From Burkholderiales bacterium (GTDB lineage Bacteria; Pseudomonadota; Gammaproteobacteria; Burkholderiales; Burkholderiaceae_C), in contig JAGWLO010000011.1 of NCBI GenBank assembly GCA_028872015.1, positions 325 through 64,324 of the forward strand: a stretch of DNA of 64,000 nt. The letters are read 5' to 3'. Below are positions 36,660-46,927 of this stretch, piece by piece; position 1 is the stretch's first letter, and every line of letters starts with the position of its first letter. The notes below the pieces were generated by a model. The model did no database searches. It had not been told where the DNA came from and worked only from the letters and a program-made list of their open reading frames with translations. The position numbers were made by a program, and so were the translations under genes.

Positions 36660-39515
36660 TCAGGCCACGCGGCGAACTTCGCCGGCGCCGTAGAGGTTGC
36701 TGGTGCAGCGGCCGCACAGGCCCGGGTGCGCGGGGTCGTGGCCGACGTCGCTGCGCCAGTGCCAGCAGCGCTCGCACTTGAGGGCGCTGCTGGCGCGCAC
36801 CTCGACCGCCAGCACGTCGCCGCGGCGCAACCCGGCCTGCGAGGTGATGAGCACGAACTTGAGCTCGTCGCCCAGCGCTGCCAGCAGCGCGTGGTCGTCC
36901 GCATCGGCGGTGATGAGCACCTCGGCCTGCAGCGAAGAGCCCAGCCCCCCGGCCGCGCGCAGGGTCTCGATCTCCTTGTTGACGGCGTCGCGCAGCGCGC
37001 GCAGGCGCGACCACCGGGCCAGCAGCGCGGCATCGGGCGCCTCGAAGGCGGCGTAGGTCTCGGTGAAGATGGTGCCGCTGTAGCCGGGCTGCGACGGCGC
37101 GAACACCTGCCAGGCCTCCTCGGCCGTGAAGCTGAGGAAGGGCGCCATCCAGCGCAGCATGGCGTGCGTGATCTGCGCCAGCGCCGTCTGCGCGCTGCGC
37201 CGCGCGTGCGAGCCGGGCGCGGTGGTGTAGAGGCGGTCTTTCAGCACGTCGAGGTAGAAGCCGCCCAGGTCTTCGGTGCAGAACACCTGCAGCTTGGCCA
37301 CCACCGGGTGGAACTCGTACGCCTCGTAGTGCTGCAGCAGCTCGGCCTGGAGCTCGGCCGTGCGCGCCAGCGCCCAGCGGTCGATCTCGAGCAGCTCGGC
37401 CGGGGGCACCGCATGGCGGGCGGCGTCGAAATCGGCCGTGTTGGCGAGCAGGAAGCGCAGCGTGTTGCGGATGCGGCGGTAGCTGTCGACCACGCGTGCC
37501 AGGATCTTGTCGTCGATGCTGAGATCGCCCGAGTAGTCGGTGGCGGCACACCACAGGCGGATGATCTCGGCACCGAGCTGGCCCGTGACCGTGCGCATCT
37601 CGACCACGTTGCCCAGCGACTTGCTCATCTTGCGGCCGGCGCCGTCGACCGTGAAGCCGTGCGTGAGCAGGCCGCGGTACGGCGCGCGGCCCTCGGTCGC
37701 GCAGCCGATCAGCAGCGAGCTGTGGAACCAGCCGCGGTGCTGGTCATGGCCTTCGAGGTACAGGTCGGCCTCGGGGCCCTGCGCGTGGAAGCCGGGGTCG
37801 CCGGGCGGGCCGCGGTGCGAACCGCGCAGCACGTGGCTGAAGGTGGAGCCCGAGTCGAACCAGACGTCGAGGATGTCGTTGCTCTTGGCGTACTGATCGG
37901 CATCGGCGCCCAGCCACTCGGCCGGCTCGAGCCGGCTCCAGGCCTCCACGCCGCCCTGCTCGAGCAGCGCCGCCGCGCGGTCCATCAGCGCCAGCGTGTC
38001 GGGGTGCAGCTCGCCCGTCACCTTGTGCAGGAAGAAGGGCAGCGGCACGCCCCAGCTGCGCTGGCGGCTGATGCACCAGTCGGGCCGGCCGGCGATCATG
38101 TCGCGCAGCCGGGCGCGGCCGTTCTCGGGGTAGAAAGCGGTCTTCTCGATCGCTGCCAGCGCCGTCTGGCGCAGCGTCTGCGGCGCCTTGTCGACGGTGA
38201 AGACGCCCTCGCCCTCGTCCATGCGCACGAACCACTGCGCCGCGGCGCGGTAGATCACCGGCGTCTTGTGGCGCCAGCAATGCGGGTAGCTGTGCAGCAG
38301 CTCGCCCTGCGCCAGCAGGCGGCCCGCGTCTTTCAGGGCCTGCACGATGGCCGGCTGCGCCTTCCAGATGTGCTGGCCGCCGAACAGCGGCAGGGCCGCT
38401 TCGTACACGCCCTGGCCCTGCACTGGGTTCAGGATCTCGTCGATCTTCAGGCCATGCGCCAGGCAGGAACTGAAGTCCTCGACGCCGTAGGCCGGCGAGG
38501 AGTGGACGATGCCGGTGCCGTCCTCGGCCGTCGCGTAGTCCGCGAGATAGACCGGCGACAGGCGGTCGTAGCCCGGGTCGACAGCTGCCAGCGGATGTCG
38601 GAAGTGCAGGCCCGCGAGCTCCTGGCCCTTGGCGATGGCCAACACTTCGCCCGTCAGCCCCCAGCGCGCCAGGCAGGCCTCGACCAGGGCCTCGGCCACC
38701 AGCATCACGCCGCGCTCGGTGGCCACCAGGGCATAAGGCAGGGCGGGGTTGAGGTTGAGCGCCTGGTTGGCCGGCAGGGTCCAGGGCGTGGTGGTCCAGA
38801 TCACCGCATAGGCCTCGGCCGGCAACGCCGCCAGGCCGAAGGCCGCGGCCAGCCGGGCCGGCTCGGCGGCGGCGAAGGCGACGTCGACGGTGAGGCTCTG
38901 CTTGTCGGCGTACTCGATCTCGAACTCGGCCAGCGAGCTGCCGCAGTCGAAGCACCAGTACACCGGCTTGCTGCCGCGGTAGACGAACCCGCGCTCGACC
39001 ATGCGCTTGAGCACGCGGATCTCGCCCGCCTCGTTGCCCGGGTCCATCGTGCGGTAGACGTGGTCCCAGTCGCCGAGCACGCCCAGGCGCTTGAAGTCGG
39101 CCATCTGCTGTGCGATCTGCTCGGTGGCGTAGGCGCGGCTGAGCGCCTGCACCTGCGCGCGCGGCAGGCCGCGCCCGTGGTCCTTCTCGACCTGGTTCTC
39201 GATCGGCAGCCCGTGGCAGTCCCAGCCCGGCACGTAGCGGGCGTCGAAGCCGGCCAGCTGCCGGCTCTTCACCACCATGTCCTTGAGGATCTTGTTGACG
39301 GCGTGCCCGATGTGCAGCCGGCCGTTGGCGTAGGGCGGGCCGTCGTGCAGCACGAACAGCGGCGCGCCGCGGCGCGCATCGCGCAGGCGCTGGTAGATGC
39401 CGGCTTCGTCCCAGGCCTGGATCCAGCCCGGCTCGCGCTTGGGCAGGTCGCCGCGCATCGGAAACGGCGTGTCGGGCAGGTTCAGGGTGCTGCGGTGATC
39501 GGGGGTGCTGGTCAT
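36660..39515 (-). CDS. ileS: Isoleucine--tRNA ligase
   Basis: 951 aa. [25 protein letters not shown]-type [16 protein letters not shown], and C-terminal zinc motif CERCWHW...CGRC. Confidence 0.97.
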   Translation of the reverse strand: MTSTPDHRSTLNLPDTPFPMRGDLPKREPGWIQAWDEAGIYQRLRDARRGAPLFVLHDGPPYANGRLHIGHAVNKILKDMVVKSRQLAGFDARYVPGWDCHGLPIENQVEKDHGRGLPRAQVQALSRAYATEQIAQQMADFKRLGVLGDWDHVYRTMDPGNEAGEIRVLKRMVERGFVYRGSKPVYWCFDCGSSLAEFEIEYADKQSLTVDVAFAAAEPARLAAAFGLAALPAEAYAVIWTTTPWTLPANQALNLNPALPYALVATERGVMLVAEALVEACLARWGLTGEVLAIAKGQELAGLHFRHPLAAVDPGYDRLSPVYLADYATAEDGTGIVHSSPAYGVEDFSSCLAHGLKIDEILNPVQGQGVYEAALPLFGGQHIWKAQPAIVQALKDAGRLLAQGELLHSYPHCWRHKTPVIYRAAAQWFVRMDEGEGVFTVDKAPQTLRQTALAAIEKTAFYPENGRARLRDMIAGRPDWCISRQRSWGVPLPFFLHKVTGELHPDTLALMDRAAALLEQGGVEAWSRLEPAEWLGADADQYAKSNDILDVWFDSGSTFSHVLRGSHRGPPGDPGFHAQGPEADLYLEGHDQHRGWFHSSLLIGCATEGRAPYRGLLTHGFTVDGAGRKMSKSLGNVVEMRTVTGQLGAEIIRLWCAATDYSGDLSIDDKILARVVDSYRRIRNTLRFLLANTADFDAARHAVPPAELLEIDRWALARTAELQAELLQHYEAYEFHPVVAKLQVFCTEDLGGFYLDVLKDRLYTTAPGSHARRSAQTALAQITHAMLRWMAPFLSFTAEEAWQVFAPSQPGYSGTIFTETYAAFEAPDAALLARWSRLRALRDAVNKEIETLRAAGGLGSSLQAEVLITADADDHALLAALGDELKFVLITSQAGLRRGDVLAVEVRASSALKCERCWHWRSDVGHDPAHPGLCGRCTSNLYGAGEVRRVA

Positions 39516-39517
39516 GC

Positions 39518-39545
39518 GGGGCGGGCGGGGCGGGCGGGGCAGGGC
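39518..39545 (+). repeat. Tandem 9-nt G-rich repeat (GGGGCGGGC x2 + GGGGCAGGGC) abutting the ileS start codon
   Basis: Six G-runs (4,3,4,3,4,3) separated by 1-2 nt on the plus strand. The complement forms the 28 nt lying 2 nt upstream of the ileS AUG. Confidence 0.8.
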
Positions 39546-39638
39546 AGATTGGACCGGGACGCGACGGGAGCGGGTGCGCGCGGCGGCCTGGGCCGGGGCA
39601 TGGGGCAGTCGGAACGTGCCGTGCCCGGCGAGCCGGCG

Positions 39639-39644
39639 ATTTTA
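39639..39644 (-). promoter_or_regulatory. Candidate -10 hexamer (TAAAAT) for ileS-lspA
   Basis: Minus-strand CTAAAATCGCCGGC, about 125 nt upstream of the ileS ATG. Confidence 0.25.
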
Positions 39645-39696
39645 GCGGCCGGCCCCGCGCGCTACGATGAAGCTCCGCTGCTTGCCGCCCCTGCCC

Positions 39697-41013
39697 ATGA
39701 ACCCAACGACAGCGCCGCTGGCGCACGATCTGCCGCGCGGGCCCGGCGGCTTCGGCAACCACTTCGCCAGCGAGGCCGTGCCCGGCGCCTTGCCGCAGGG
39801 CCGCAACAGCCCGCAGCGGGCGCCGCACGGGCTGTACGCCGAGTTGCTGTCGGGCAGTGCCTTCACCGCGCCGCGTGCCGACAACCGCCGCACCTGGCTC
39901 TACCGCCGGCTGCCATCGGTCGTCACCGGCGCCTACGAGCCCTATGCGCAGCCGGGCTGGACCACGGGCGCCGCCGGCGGTGTCGTGGCCCCGCCCGACC
40001 CGCTGCGCTGGCACCCGTTCGCGTTGCCGACGGCGGCCACCGATTTCGTCGATGGCCTGCACACGGTCGCCGCCAATGGCGACCCCGACCTGCAGACCGG
40101 CATGGCCGCGCTGGTCTATGCCGCCAACCAGTCGATGACCCGGCGTGCGCTCGTCAACGTCGATGGCGAGATGCTGCTGGTGCCGCAGCAGGGCCGGCTC
40201 GTCGTGACGACCGAGCTCGGCGTGCTGGCGGCCCGCCCAGGCGAGGTGCTGCTCGTCCCGCGCGGCCTGGCCTTCAAGGTGGCGCTGCCCGACGGGCCGT
40301 CGCGCGGCTATGCGTGCGAGAACTACGGCGCCGCGTTCCGCCTGCCCGAGCTGGGCCCGATCGGCTCCAACGGACTGGCCAATGCGCGCGACTTCTTCGC
40401 ACCCCAGGCCGCTTTCGAGGACGAGCCGGGCGAGGTCCGACTCGTGCGCAAGGTGGGCGGCCGGCTGTGGATCAACCGCCAGCGCGGCACGCCGTTCAAC
40501 GTGGTGGCCTGGCACGGCAACCTGGTGCCACTGGTCTACGACACCGCGCGCTTCATGACCCTCGGCTCGATCAGCTTCGACCATCCCGACCCGTCGATCT
40601 TCACCGTGCTCACCGCGCCCAGCGACACGCCCGGCGTGGCGAACTGCGACTTCGTGATCTTCCCGCCGCGCTGGCTGGTGATGGAGGACACCTTCCGCCC
40701 GCCCTGGTACCACCGCAACGTGATGAGCGAGTTCATGGGCCTGGTGCATGGCCGGTACGACGCCAAGCCCGAGGGCTTCAAGCCGGGTGGCGCGAGCCTG
40801 CACAACGCGATGGTGCCGCACGGCCCGGACGCCGAGGCCTTCGACCAGGCCAGCCGTGCCGAACTGCAGCCGCACAAGCTGGACGCCACGCTGGCCTTCA
40901 TGTTCGAGACCCGCTGGCGCCTGCATCCCACGGCCTGGGCGATGGCGCCTGAACGGTGCGACCTGCGCTATGCCGATTGCTGGGCGCCGCTGCAGGACCG
41001 TTTCCAGTCCTAG
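39697..41013 (+). CDS. hmgA: Homogentisate 1,2-dioxygenase
   Basis: [43 protein letters not shown] and later [11 protein letters not shown] segments are canonical HmgA. Start chosen at MNPTT; the track ORF starts 30 nt earlier. Confidence 0.9.
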   Translation: MNPTTAPLAHDLPRGPGGFGNHFASEAVPGALPQGRNSPQRAPHGLYAELLSGSAFTAPRADNRRTWLYRRLPSVVTGAYEPYAQPGWTTGAAGGVVAPPDPLRWHPFALPTAATDFVDGLHTVAANGDPDLQTGMAALVYAANQSMTRRALVNVDGEMLLVPQQGRLVVTTELGVLAARPGEVLLVPRGLAFKVALPDGPSRGYACENYGAAFRLPELGPIGSNGLANARDFFAPQAAFEDEPGEVRLVRKVGGRLWINRQRGTPFNVVAWHGNLVPLVYDTARFMTLGSISFDHPDPSIFTVLTAPSDTPGVANCDFVIFPPRWLVMEDTFRPPWYHRNVMSEFMGLVHGRYDAKPEGFKPGGASLHNAMVPHGPDAEAFDQASRAELQPHKLDATLAFMFETRWRLHPTAWAMAPERCDLRYADCWAPLQDRFQS

Positions 41014-41978
41014 CCGCCCCGGCGTGCCCACCAGGCGCGGGCCTCCGCGGTGTCCTGCGCGATGCCGGCGCGAAGCGCCTCGAGCGACGGGTACTTGCGC
41101 TCGTCGTGCAGCTTGTGCAGCAGCTCCACGCGCACGCAGCGGCCGTAGCCACCGTCCGGGCCGAGCGCCGCGGGCCAGTCCAGGCAGTGCACTTCGAGCA
41201 GCACGCGGCCGCCGTCCTCCACCGTCGGCCGCACGCCCAGGCTGGCCACGCCGGGCACCGGTTGCGGACTCAGGCCGTGAACCTGGACGACGAAGATGCC
41301 GCTGGCGGCTGGCTTGGGGTGGCCGAAGCGCAGGTTCAGCGTGCGGAAGCCGAGGTCGCGACCGAGCTTGGCGCCATGCAGCACATGGCCGCTGATGCCG
41401 TACGGGCGCCCGAGCAGGGCCTCGGCCTGCGCCATGTCGCCGGCGGCCAGCGCCTGCCGCACGGCCGAGCTGGAGACGCGCAGGCCATGCACCTCGTAGC
41501 TGAGCATGCGCGCGACATCGAAGCCCGCGCCGGGCCCTGCCGCGTCCAGCATCGCGTAGTTGCCGGCGCGGCGCGCGCCGAAACTGAAGTCGTCGCCGAC
41601 GAGCACGTAGCGCGCACCCAGGCGGCGCTGCAGCACGTCGTCGATGAAGGCCTGCGGCGACATGCCGGCCAAGGCGCTGTCGAAGCGCGCCACCACCACC
41701 TGGTCGACGCCGCAGCGCTCGAGCTCGGCCAGCTTGTCGCGCAGGGTCGCAATGCGGGCCGGTGCTGCTGCGGGCTGGCCGGCCAGGCGCGCGAAGTGGT
41801 CGCGCGGGTGCGGCTCGAAGGTCAGCACGCAGGCCGGCAGGCCGCGGTGCCGGGCCTCGTTGATCAGCAGCGCCAGCATGGCCTGGTGGCCGCGGTGCAC
41901 GCCGTCGAAGTTGCCGATGGTGAGCGCGCAGCCTCGCCCAGGCGGATGGGCCGGGTGCAGGCTGCGGGTGATGCGCAT
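41010..41978 (-). CDS. ribF: Bifunctional riboflavin kinase / FMN adenylyltransferase
   Basis: 322 aa from [22 protein letters not shown] motif. C-terminal kinase domain (GFRTLNL, GVRPT). Confidence 0.9.
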   Translation of the reverse strand: MRITRSLHPAHPPGRGCALTIGNFDGVHRGHQAMLALLINEARHRGLPACVLTFEPHPRDHFARLAGQPAAAPARIATLRDKLAELERCGVDQVVVARFDSALAGMSPQAFIDDVLQRRLGARYVLVGDDFSFGARRAGNYAMLDAAGPGAGFDVARMLSYEVHGLRVSSSAVRQALAAGDMAQAEALLGRPYGISGHVLHGAKLGRDLGFRTLNLRFGHPKPAASGIFVVQVHGLSPQPVPGVASLGVRPTVEDGGRVLLEVHCLDWPAALGPDGGYGRCVRVELLHKLHDERKYPSLEALRAGIAQDTAEARAWWARRGG

Positions 41979-41983
41979 GGGCT

Positions 41984-43096
41984 TCAGGGCTGGCCGGCTT
42001 CGGCCGGGCGGATCGGCTCGCTGCGGCCCAGCAGGCGCAGGTACAGGGCCAGGTAGCGGTCGGCGGCCTGCTTCCAGTCGAAGCGCGCGGCATGCGCCTT
42101 CACCTGGGCCTGGCGCGCCGGCTCGGCGCCGCGGCGCAGCCCGGCGTCGACCACCGCGCGCATGGCGGCCGGTGACCAGTCGTCGAAGTAGTACGCGGCG
42201 TCGCCGCCCACTTCGGGCAGGCTCGTCAGGCGCGAGAGGAACACCGGCTTGCCGAACTGCATGGCCTCGATCGGCGGCAGGCCGAAACCCTCGGTGAACG
42301 AGGGGAACAGGAAGCCTGCGCACCGGCTGAAGGCCCAGGCCTTCTGCGCCTCGCTGATGGAGAAGCGGAAGTGCACGTTGGGCAGGTGCGTCGCGGCCTT
42401 CAGCGCCCGCGCGTCGTCGGTGGGCGGGCCGCAGAACAGAAAGGTCATCTCGGGCCAGGCCGCGGCCAGGCCCAGCAGGGCCTGCGGGTTCTTGGAGGGC
42501 GACATGCGGCTGAGGTGGAACAGGAACGGCCGGGCCGGGTCCTCGAAGCCGGCGATCGGCTCGAGCCGATCGCCGGCATAGGGCCGCGGGCCGCGGTGGA
42601 TCACCTCCATCGGCCCGGTCCAGCCCAGATGCCTTCGCACGTCGGCGGCGGTGTATTCGCTGATCGCGACCAGGTAGTCGCTGCGCCGCATCAGCGCCCG
42701 GGCCCGCCGGTGATCGCGCCAGACCGAAAAGCGGCTGGCCTTGTAGACGTAGTTGAGGTCGTGCACCGTCACCACCCGTGGGCCGCAGCCCTGCGGCGTC
42801 TGGGTCTTGTTGAGCTGGTGCAGCGAGTGCCACAGGGCGTAGTGCGCTGGCTGCACGTGGCGCAGGCGCTGCCAGCGCGTCACGGGCCGGTAGCCCACCT
42901 GGTCGCCGAAGGCGCCGAAGAGCCTTTGGCGGCAGTGGAAGTCGAAGGCGATGCCCAGCCGATCACGCCAGTCGACCGCGTGGGCCGCGATGTGGCCGCC
43001 CATCTGCACGGCGAACTCGCCCAGCCCGTCCTGCAGCGACCCCATGTTGCCCAGGCTGATGCCGATGCGGAGCAGGCCGGGATGCGCAGGGCTCAT
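41984..43096 (-). CDS. Glycosyltransferase family 1-like
   Basis: 370 aa from MSPAHPGLL, with GAGG SD. C-terminal FPSFTEGFGLPPIEAM (EX7E-type GT1 motif). Stop lies 5 nt before the ribF start. Confidence 0.75.
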   Translation of the reverse strand: MSPAHPGLLRIGISLGNMGSLQDGLGEFAVQMGGHIAAHAVDWRDRLGIAFDFHCRQRLFGAFGDQVGYRPVTRWQRLRHVQPAHYALWHSLHQLNKTQTPQGCGPRVVTVHDLNYVYKASRFSVWRDHRRARALMRRSDYLVAISEYTAADVRRHLGWTGPMEVIHRGPRPYAGDRLEPIAGFEDPARPFLFHLSRMSPSKNPQALLGLAAAWPEMTFLFCGPPTDDARALKAATHLPNVHFRFSISEAQKAWAFSRCAGFLFPSFTEGFGLPPIEAMQFGKPVFLSRLTSLPEVGGDAAYYFDDWSPAAMRAVVDAGLRRGAEPARQAQVKAHAARFDWKQAADRYLALYLRLLGRSEPIRPAEAGQP

Positions 43097-43120
43097 TCGC
43101 CTCGAGTTTAGCAAGGCACA

Positions 43121-43999
43121 ATGAATCGACCGACCCTGCCGTCCATGTTCGCGACCACGCTGGCCCTGCCGCAGATCACGCTGATAGCCGTGGACACGCG
43201 TGCTCCCGCGCTGGCGGCGCAATCGCTGAGGCACTCGATGTCCGGCACCGACTTCGCCCGCGTGATGCTGTTCACGCACGCCTGCGCGGCGGCCGATCCG
43301 GGTCTGGAGCGGGCCGGCATCGAAGGCATCGCGATCGATCCGCTGTCCTCGGGCGCCGACTACTCCCGGTTCATGTTGCGCGAGCTGGCCCGGCACATCA
43401 CCACCTCGCATGTGCTGGTGACGCAGTGGGACGGCTTCGTGGTCGATCCCAGGGCCTGGCGCGACGAGTTCCTGCAGTGGGACTACCTCGGCGCGGTCTG
43501 GCCCGACCAGCCGGCGGGCCGCGACGTCGGCAACGGGGGCTTCTCGCTGCGCTCGCGTCGCCTGCTCGTCGCCGCCGCCGCCGACCCGGCCATCACCCGG
43601 ATGCATCCGGAAGACGAAGTGCTGTGCCGCACCCACCGCGCCCATCTCGAGCGCGCGCACGGCATCCGCTTCGCGCCGGCGCCACTGGCGCGGCAGTTCG
43701 CGTTCGAGAACGAGGCGCCGCGCGGGCCCTGCTTCGGCTTCCACGGCCCCTACCACCTGCCCCGCTTCCTAGACGAGGCGACGCTCCAGCGCTGGCTGGC
43801 CGAGCTGCCCGACGCCTTCTACCTGGGGCGCGATGCGCGGCGCCTGGCGCGCGCGCTGCTGGCGCAACGCATGCCCGTCACCGCGCAGCAGGTGTTGCGG
43901 CGCCGCGCCGCGGCCGGCGGCGGTGCCCGCCACACGCGGCTGCTGGGCCTGGCGGCGGCGCTGCTGGCGCGGCTGCCCGGCCATGCCGCCAGGCCATGA
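43121..43999 (+). CDS. DUF5672-like protein (putative glycosyltransferase-associated)
   Basis: 292 aa. ITLIAVDTR...YSRFMLRELARHI...VLVTQWDGFVVDP...GNGGFSLRSRRL pattern that I associate with DUF5672. Confidence 0.6.
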   Translation: MNRPTLPSMFATTLALPQITLIAVDTRAPALAAQSLRHSMSGTDFARVMLFTHACAAADPGLERAGIEGIAIDPLSSGADYSRFMLRELARHITTSHVLVTQWDGFVVDPRAWRDEFLQWDYLGAVWPDQPAGRDVGNGGFSLRSRRLLVAAAADPAITRMHPEDEVLCRTHRAHLERAHGIRFAPAPLARQFAFENEAPRGPCFGFHGPYHLPRFLDEATLQRWLAELPDAFYLGRDARRLARALLAQRMPVTAQQVLRRRAAAGGGARHTRLLGLAAALLARLPGHAARP

Positions 44000-45120
44000 A
44001 GCTGCTGGCCACGGCGGCCGACATCGGCGCCACGATCAGTGCGATCCGGCTCGTCGATCCGCTGCAGGCCCTGCAGGCGCAGCGTCCCGCGCTGGCGCTG
44101 CGTCTGAAGTCGTTTCACGAGTGCCTGCGCGGCGACCTGGCCTGGGCCGACGTGCTGATCGTGCAGCGCGGCAACAGCCGACGTGCCTGGCGCCTGGTGC
44201 AAAGCATGCAAGCCAGCGGCGGCCGCGTCGTGTTCGAGATCGACGACCTGCTCACCGCCGTGCCCGCGGCCCTGCTGCATCACCGCGCGGCGCAGCAAGG
44301 CCTGCCCTGGCTGGCGCGCTGCCTGACGGCGGCCGACCGGGTGTCGGTGAGCACGGCGCGGTTGGGTCGGGCGCTGCAGCCCCCACCGCGCGACTGGTGC
44401 GTGGTGCCCAACCACGGCTGGGCACCGGTCGGCGGCTGGCCGGCCGCGCCCTTTCCGGCGCCGCGCCGGTGCGACCGGGCGACCCTGCTGCTGGCCTCGT
44501 CCGACCATGTTCCCGTGGCCGCCTTCGTGGCCGGCCTGCGTCGCCTGCCGCCGACGCTGCAGTGGCGGCTGGTCGCAGTCGGCCCGGTGGCCGACGACCT
44601 GGCGCGTGCCGGTGTGCGGGCGCAGCGCCACGCGCCCCTGCCGCGGCCGGCCTTCCTGCAATGGGCGCGCGCATTGCCCGACGTGCTGGCCGTGATGCCG
44701 GTGGGTGACACGCCCTTCGACGCCTGCAAGAGCGCCATCAAGTTCTACGACTACGCCCTGGCCGGCGTGCCGGTGCTGTGCGCCGCGCGTCCGCCTTACA
44801 GCGACGCGGTATGCGACGGTGTCACCGGCCTGCTCGCCGCCGACACCCCCGAGGGCTGGGCGCACGCATTGCAGCGGGCCATCGAAGACTCGCAGGCCAC
44901 CGCCTCGCGGGTCGCCGCGGCGCGGCGCCAGGCCGATGCCGAGCACCGGCTCGGGCACACGGTGCAGGCCTGGGCCGACCTGCTGGACGGGCTGGTGCTG
45001 CAGGCCAGGCGCGACGTGCCCGGCGGCGGACCCGCTGCCTGGCTCCAAGGCTGGGCCGTGCGGTTGCGCCGGGCCAATCGCGAGCGGCTGGCGCGCCGCC
45101 ATCGGCGTGAGCCTGTCTAG
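43996..45120 (+). CDS. Glycosyltransferase-like protein (GT-B fold likely)
   Basis: ATGA overlap with the upstream gene. 374 aa. The C-terminal half, with KFYDYALAGVPVLC, resembles GT1-type C-domains. Weak assignment. Confidence 0.5.
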   Translation: MKLLATAADIGATISAIRLVDPLQALQAQRPALALRLKSFHECLRGDLAWADVLIVQRGNSRRAWRLVQSMQASGGRVVFEIDDLLTAVPAALLHHRAAQQGLPWLARCLTAADRVSVSTARLGRALQPPPRDWCVVPNHGWAPVGGWPAAPFPAPRRCDRATLLLASSDHVPVAAFVAGLRRLPPTLQWRLVAVGPVADDLARAGVRAQRHAPLPRPAFLQWARALPDVLAVMPVGDTPFDACKSAIKFYDYALAGVPVLCAARPPYSDAVCDGVTGLLAADTPEGWAHALQRAIEDSQATASRVAAARRQADAEHRLGHTVQAWADLLDGLVLQARRDVPGGGPAAWLQGWAVRLRRANRERLARRHRREPV

Positions 45121-46927
45121 GGCCGACTTTCGCACCGAGGCGAAGCCGGCGTGGCCGCGCTGGAGCCTGTGGCGGCTGTGGTGGCGCCTGCATGGTCGTC
45201 GCGTCGAGCGCCGGCATGCGCGGCGGCTGCGTCTGGACTACCCGCGCTGGATACAGACCTACGACACGCCGACGGCGGCCGTGCTGCAGGCCCTGGCGGC
45301 GCGCCAGGCCGCCTTGCCGACCGCCCCGACCATCGGTCTGCTGCTGCAGGCCCGCGATGCCGGTCGCGACCCGGTATGCACCACTGTCGCCTCGCTGCAA
45401 GCGCAGAGCTACCCGCACTGGCGGCTATGCATCGTCGGCGCCGGCCCTCGCGGCTCCTCGGCGGGCGACCGGCGCATCCATCATCTCGCAGCCCTGGAAG
45501 GCACACCTTTCGGCGCCTGGCAGCAGGCGCTGGCAGGTTGCGATGCATCGTGGTGGGCCGAGGTTGGCGCCGGCGACCGCCTGGCACCGCACGCGCTGGC
45601 GCTTTTCGCGGAGTCCGCCGTTCGGCTGCCGGAGGCCCAGGCGCTCTATTGCGACCACGATCGGCTCGATGCCCGCGGCCAACGGGGGGATCCGCAATTC
45701 AAGGGCGACTGGAACCCCGAGTTGCTGTTGTCGACTTGCTACGTGCAGCCCTTGCTGGTGTTGCGAGCGCAGCGGCTGCGCAACGCGCTGGCTGCGCTGG
45801 GCGACTTCCGCACCGCCGACAGGCCGACGCTGCAGCATCGCCTGGCACTGTGCGCCACGGCCGGCCTCGGGGCGGCACAGATGCGGCACATCCCGCACGT
45901 GCTCGTGCATACCGCCGGTCCGGTGGTGGCGAGTGCCGAGGCCGTCCAGTCCCATCTCGACAGTCTGGGCCTGATGGCGCACGTGCAGTCCGACCCGCTC
46001 GGCGGCTGCGAAGTCAGCCTGCGCCCCGCTGACGTGCCCGGGGCCGGGGCGCCGGCCGTGAGCATCATCGTGCCGACGCGCGACCGGCTGCCTCTGCTGC
46101 GCCGATGCGTCGACAGCGTCCTGGCGCGCACAGCCGGTGTCGATTTCGAATTGCTGATCGTCGACAACGGCTCGCGCGATGCTGCCACGCTGAGCTACCT
46201 GCGCCAGCTGGCGCACAACGAGCCTCGCGTGCGCGTGCTGCGCGACGAGGGGCCGTTCAACTTTGCGGCGCTCAACAACGCGGCGGCGGCGCAGGCGCGC
46301 GGTGGGCATCTGCTGCTGCTGAACAACGACACCGAGGTCATCAACCCGGACTGGCTGTTCGAGATGTTGGGTGCCGCGGCGCTGCCAGGGGTGGCGGCGG
46401 TGGGGGCGCGCCTGTGGTATCGCAACTGGCGGCTGCAGCACGCCGGCCTGATCGTGGGGCTGGAGGGGGTGGCCGGTGACAGCCATGCCCGGCTCGGGCC
46501 CGACTCGCCGGGTCCTCAAGGCCGGGCGCACCTGTTGCAGGGCTGCACCGCGGTCACTGCGGCCTGCCTGCTGGTGCGCAAGGCCGTCTACCAGGCGCTG
46601 GGCGGGTTCGACGCGCAGCACTTCGCCGTGGCCTACAACGATGTCGACTTCTGCCTGCGGCTGGGCGCTGCGGGATACCGCATCGCCTGGACGCCACGGG
46701 CGCAGCTGTTCCATGACGAATCCCGCAGCCGAGGCAGCGACCTGGTGCCGGAGCGGCGCGAACGCTTCGAGCGCGAGCGCCTCGCGATGCTCGAGCGCTG
46801 GGGGCCTGTGCTGCGCCGCGACCCCGCCTACAACCCGAACCTGGCCTTGCACGGAGGCGCCTTCAAGCTCGGCTGGCCGCCCCGGGTGTCGCTGCTGCGG
46901 CCCTGGTTCGAGGATCAGGACACCTGA
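45107..46927 (+). CDS. Two-domain glycosyltransferase family 2 protein
   Basis: Canonical GT2 domain VSIIVPTRDRLPLLRRCVDSV...LLIVDNGS...LLLLNNDTEV, preceded by a degenerate GT2-like domain. No in-frame ATG near the beginning; GTG 45107 chosen, so the start is uncertain. Confidence 0.7.
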   Translation: MSLSRADFRTEAKPAWPRWSLWRLWWRLHGRRVERRHARRLRLDYPRWIQTYDTPTAAVLQALAARQAALPTAPTIGLLLQARDAGRDPVCTTVASLQAQSYPHWRLCIVGAGPRGSSAGDRRIHHLAALEGTPFGAWQQALAGCDASWWAEVGAGDRLAPHALALFAESAVRLPEAQALYCDHDRLDARGQRGDPQFKGDWNPELLLSTCYVQPLLVLRAQRLRNALAALGDFRTADRPTLQHRLALCATAGLGAAQMRHIPHVLVHTAGPVVASAEAVQSHLDSLGLMAHVQSDPLGGCEVSLRPADVPGAGAPAVSIIVPTRDRLPLLRRCVDSVLARTAGVDFELLIVDNGSRDAATLSYLRQLAHNEPRVRVLRDEGPFNFAALNNAAAAQARGGHLLLLNNDTEVINPDWLFEMLGAAALPGVAAVGARLWYRNWRLQHAGLIVGLEGVAGDSHARLGPDSPGPQGRAHLLQGCTAVTAACLLVRKAVYQALGGFDAQHFAVAYNDVDFCLRLGAAGYRIAWTPRAQLFHDESRSRGSDLVPERRERFERERLAMLERWGPVLRRDPAYNPNLALHGGAFKLGWPPRVSLLRPWFEDQDT

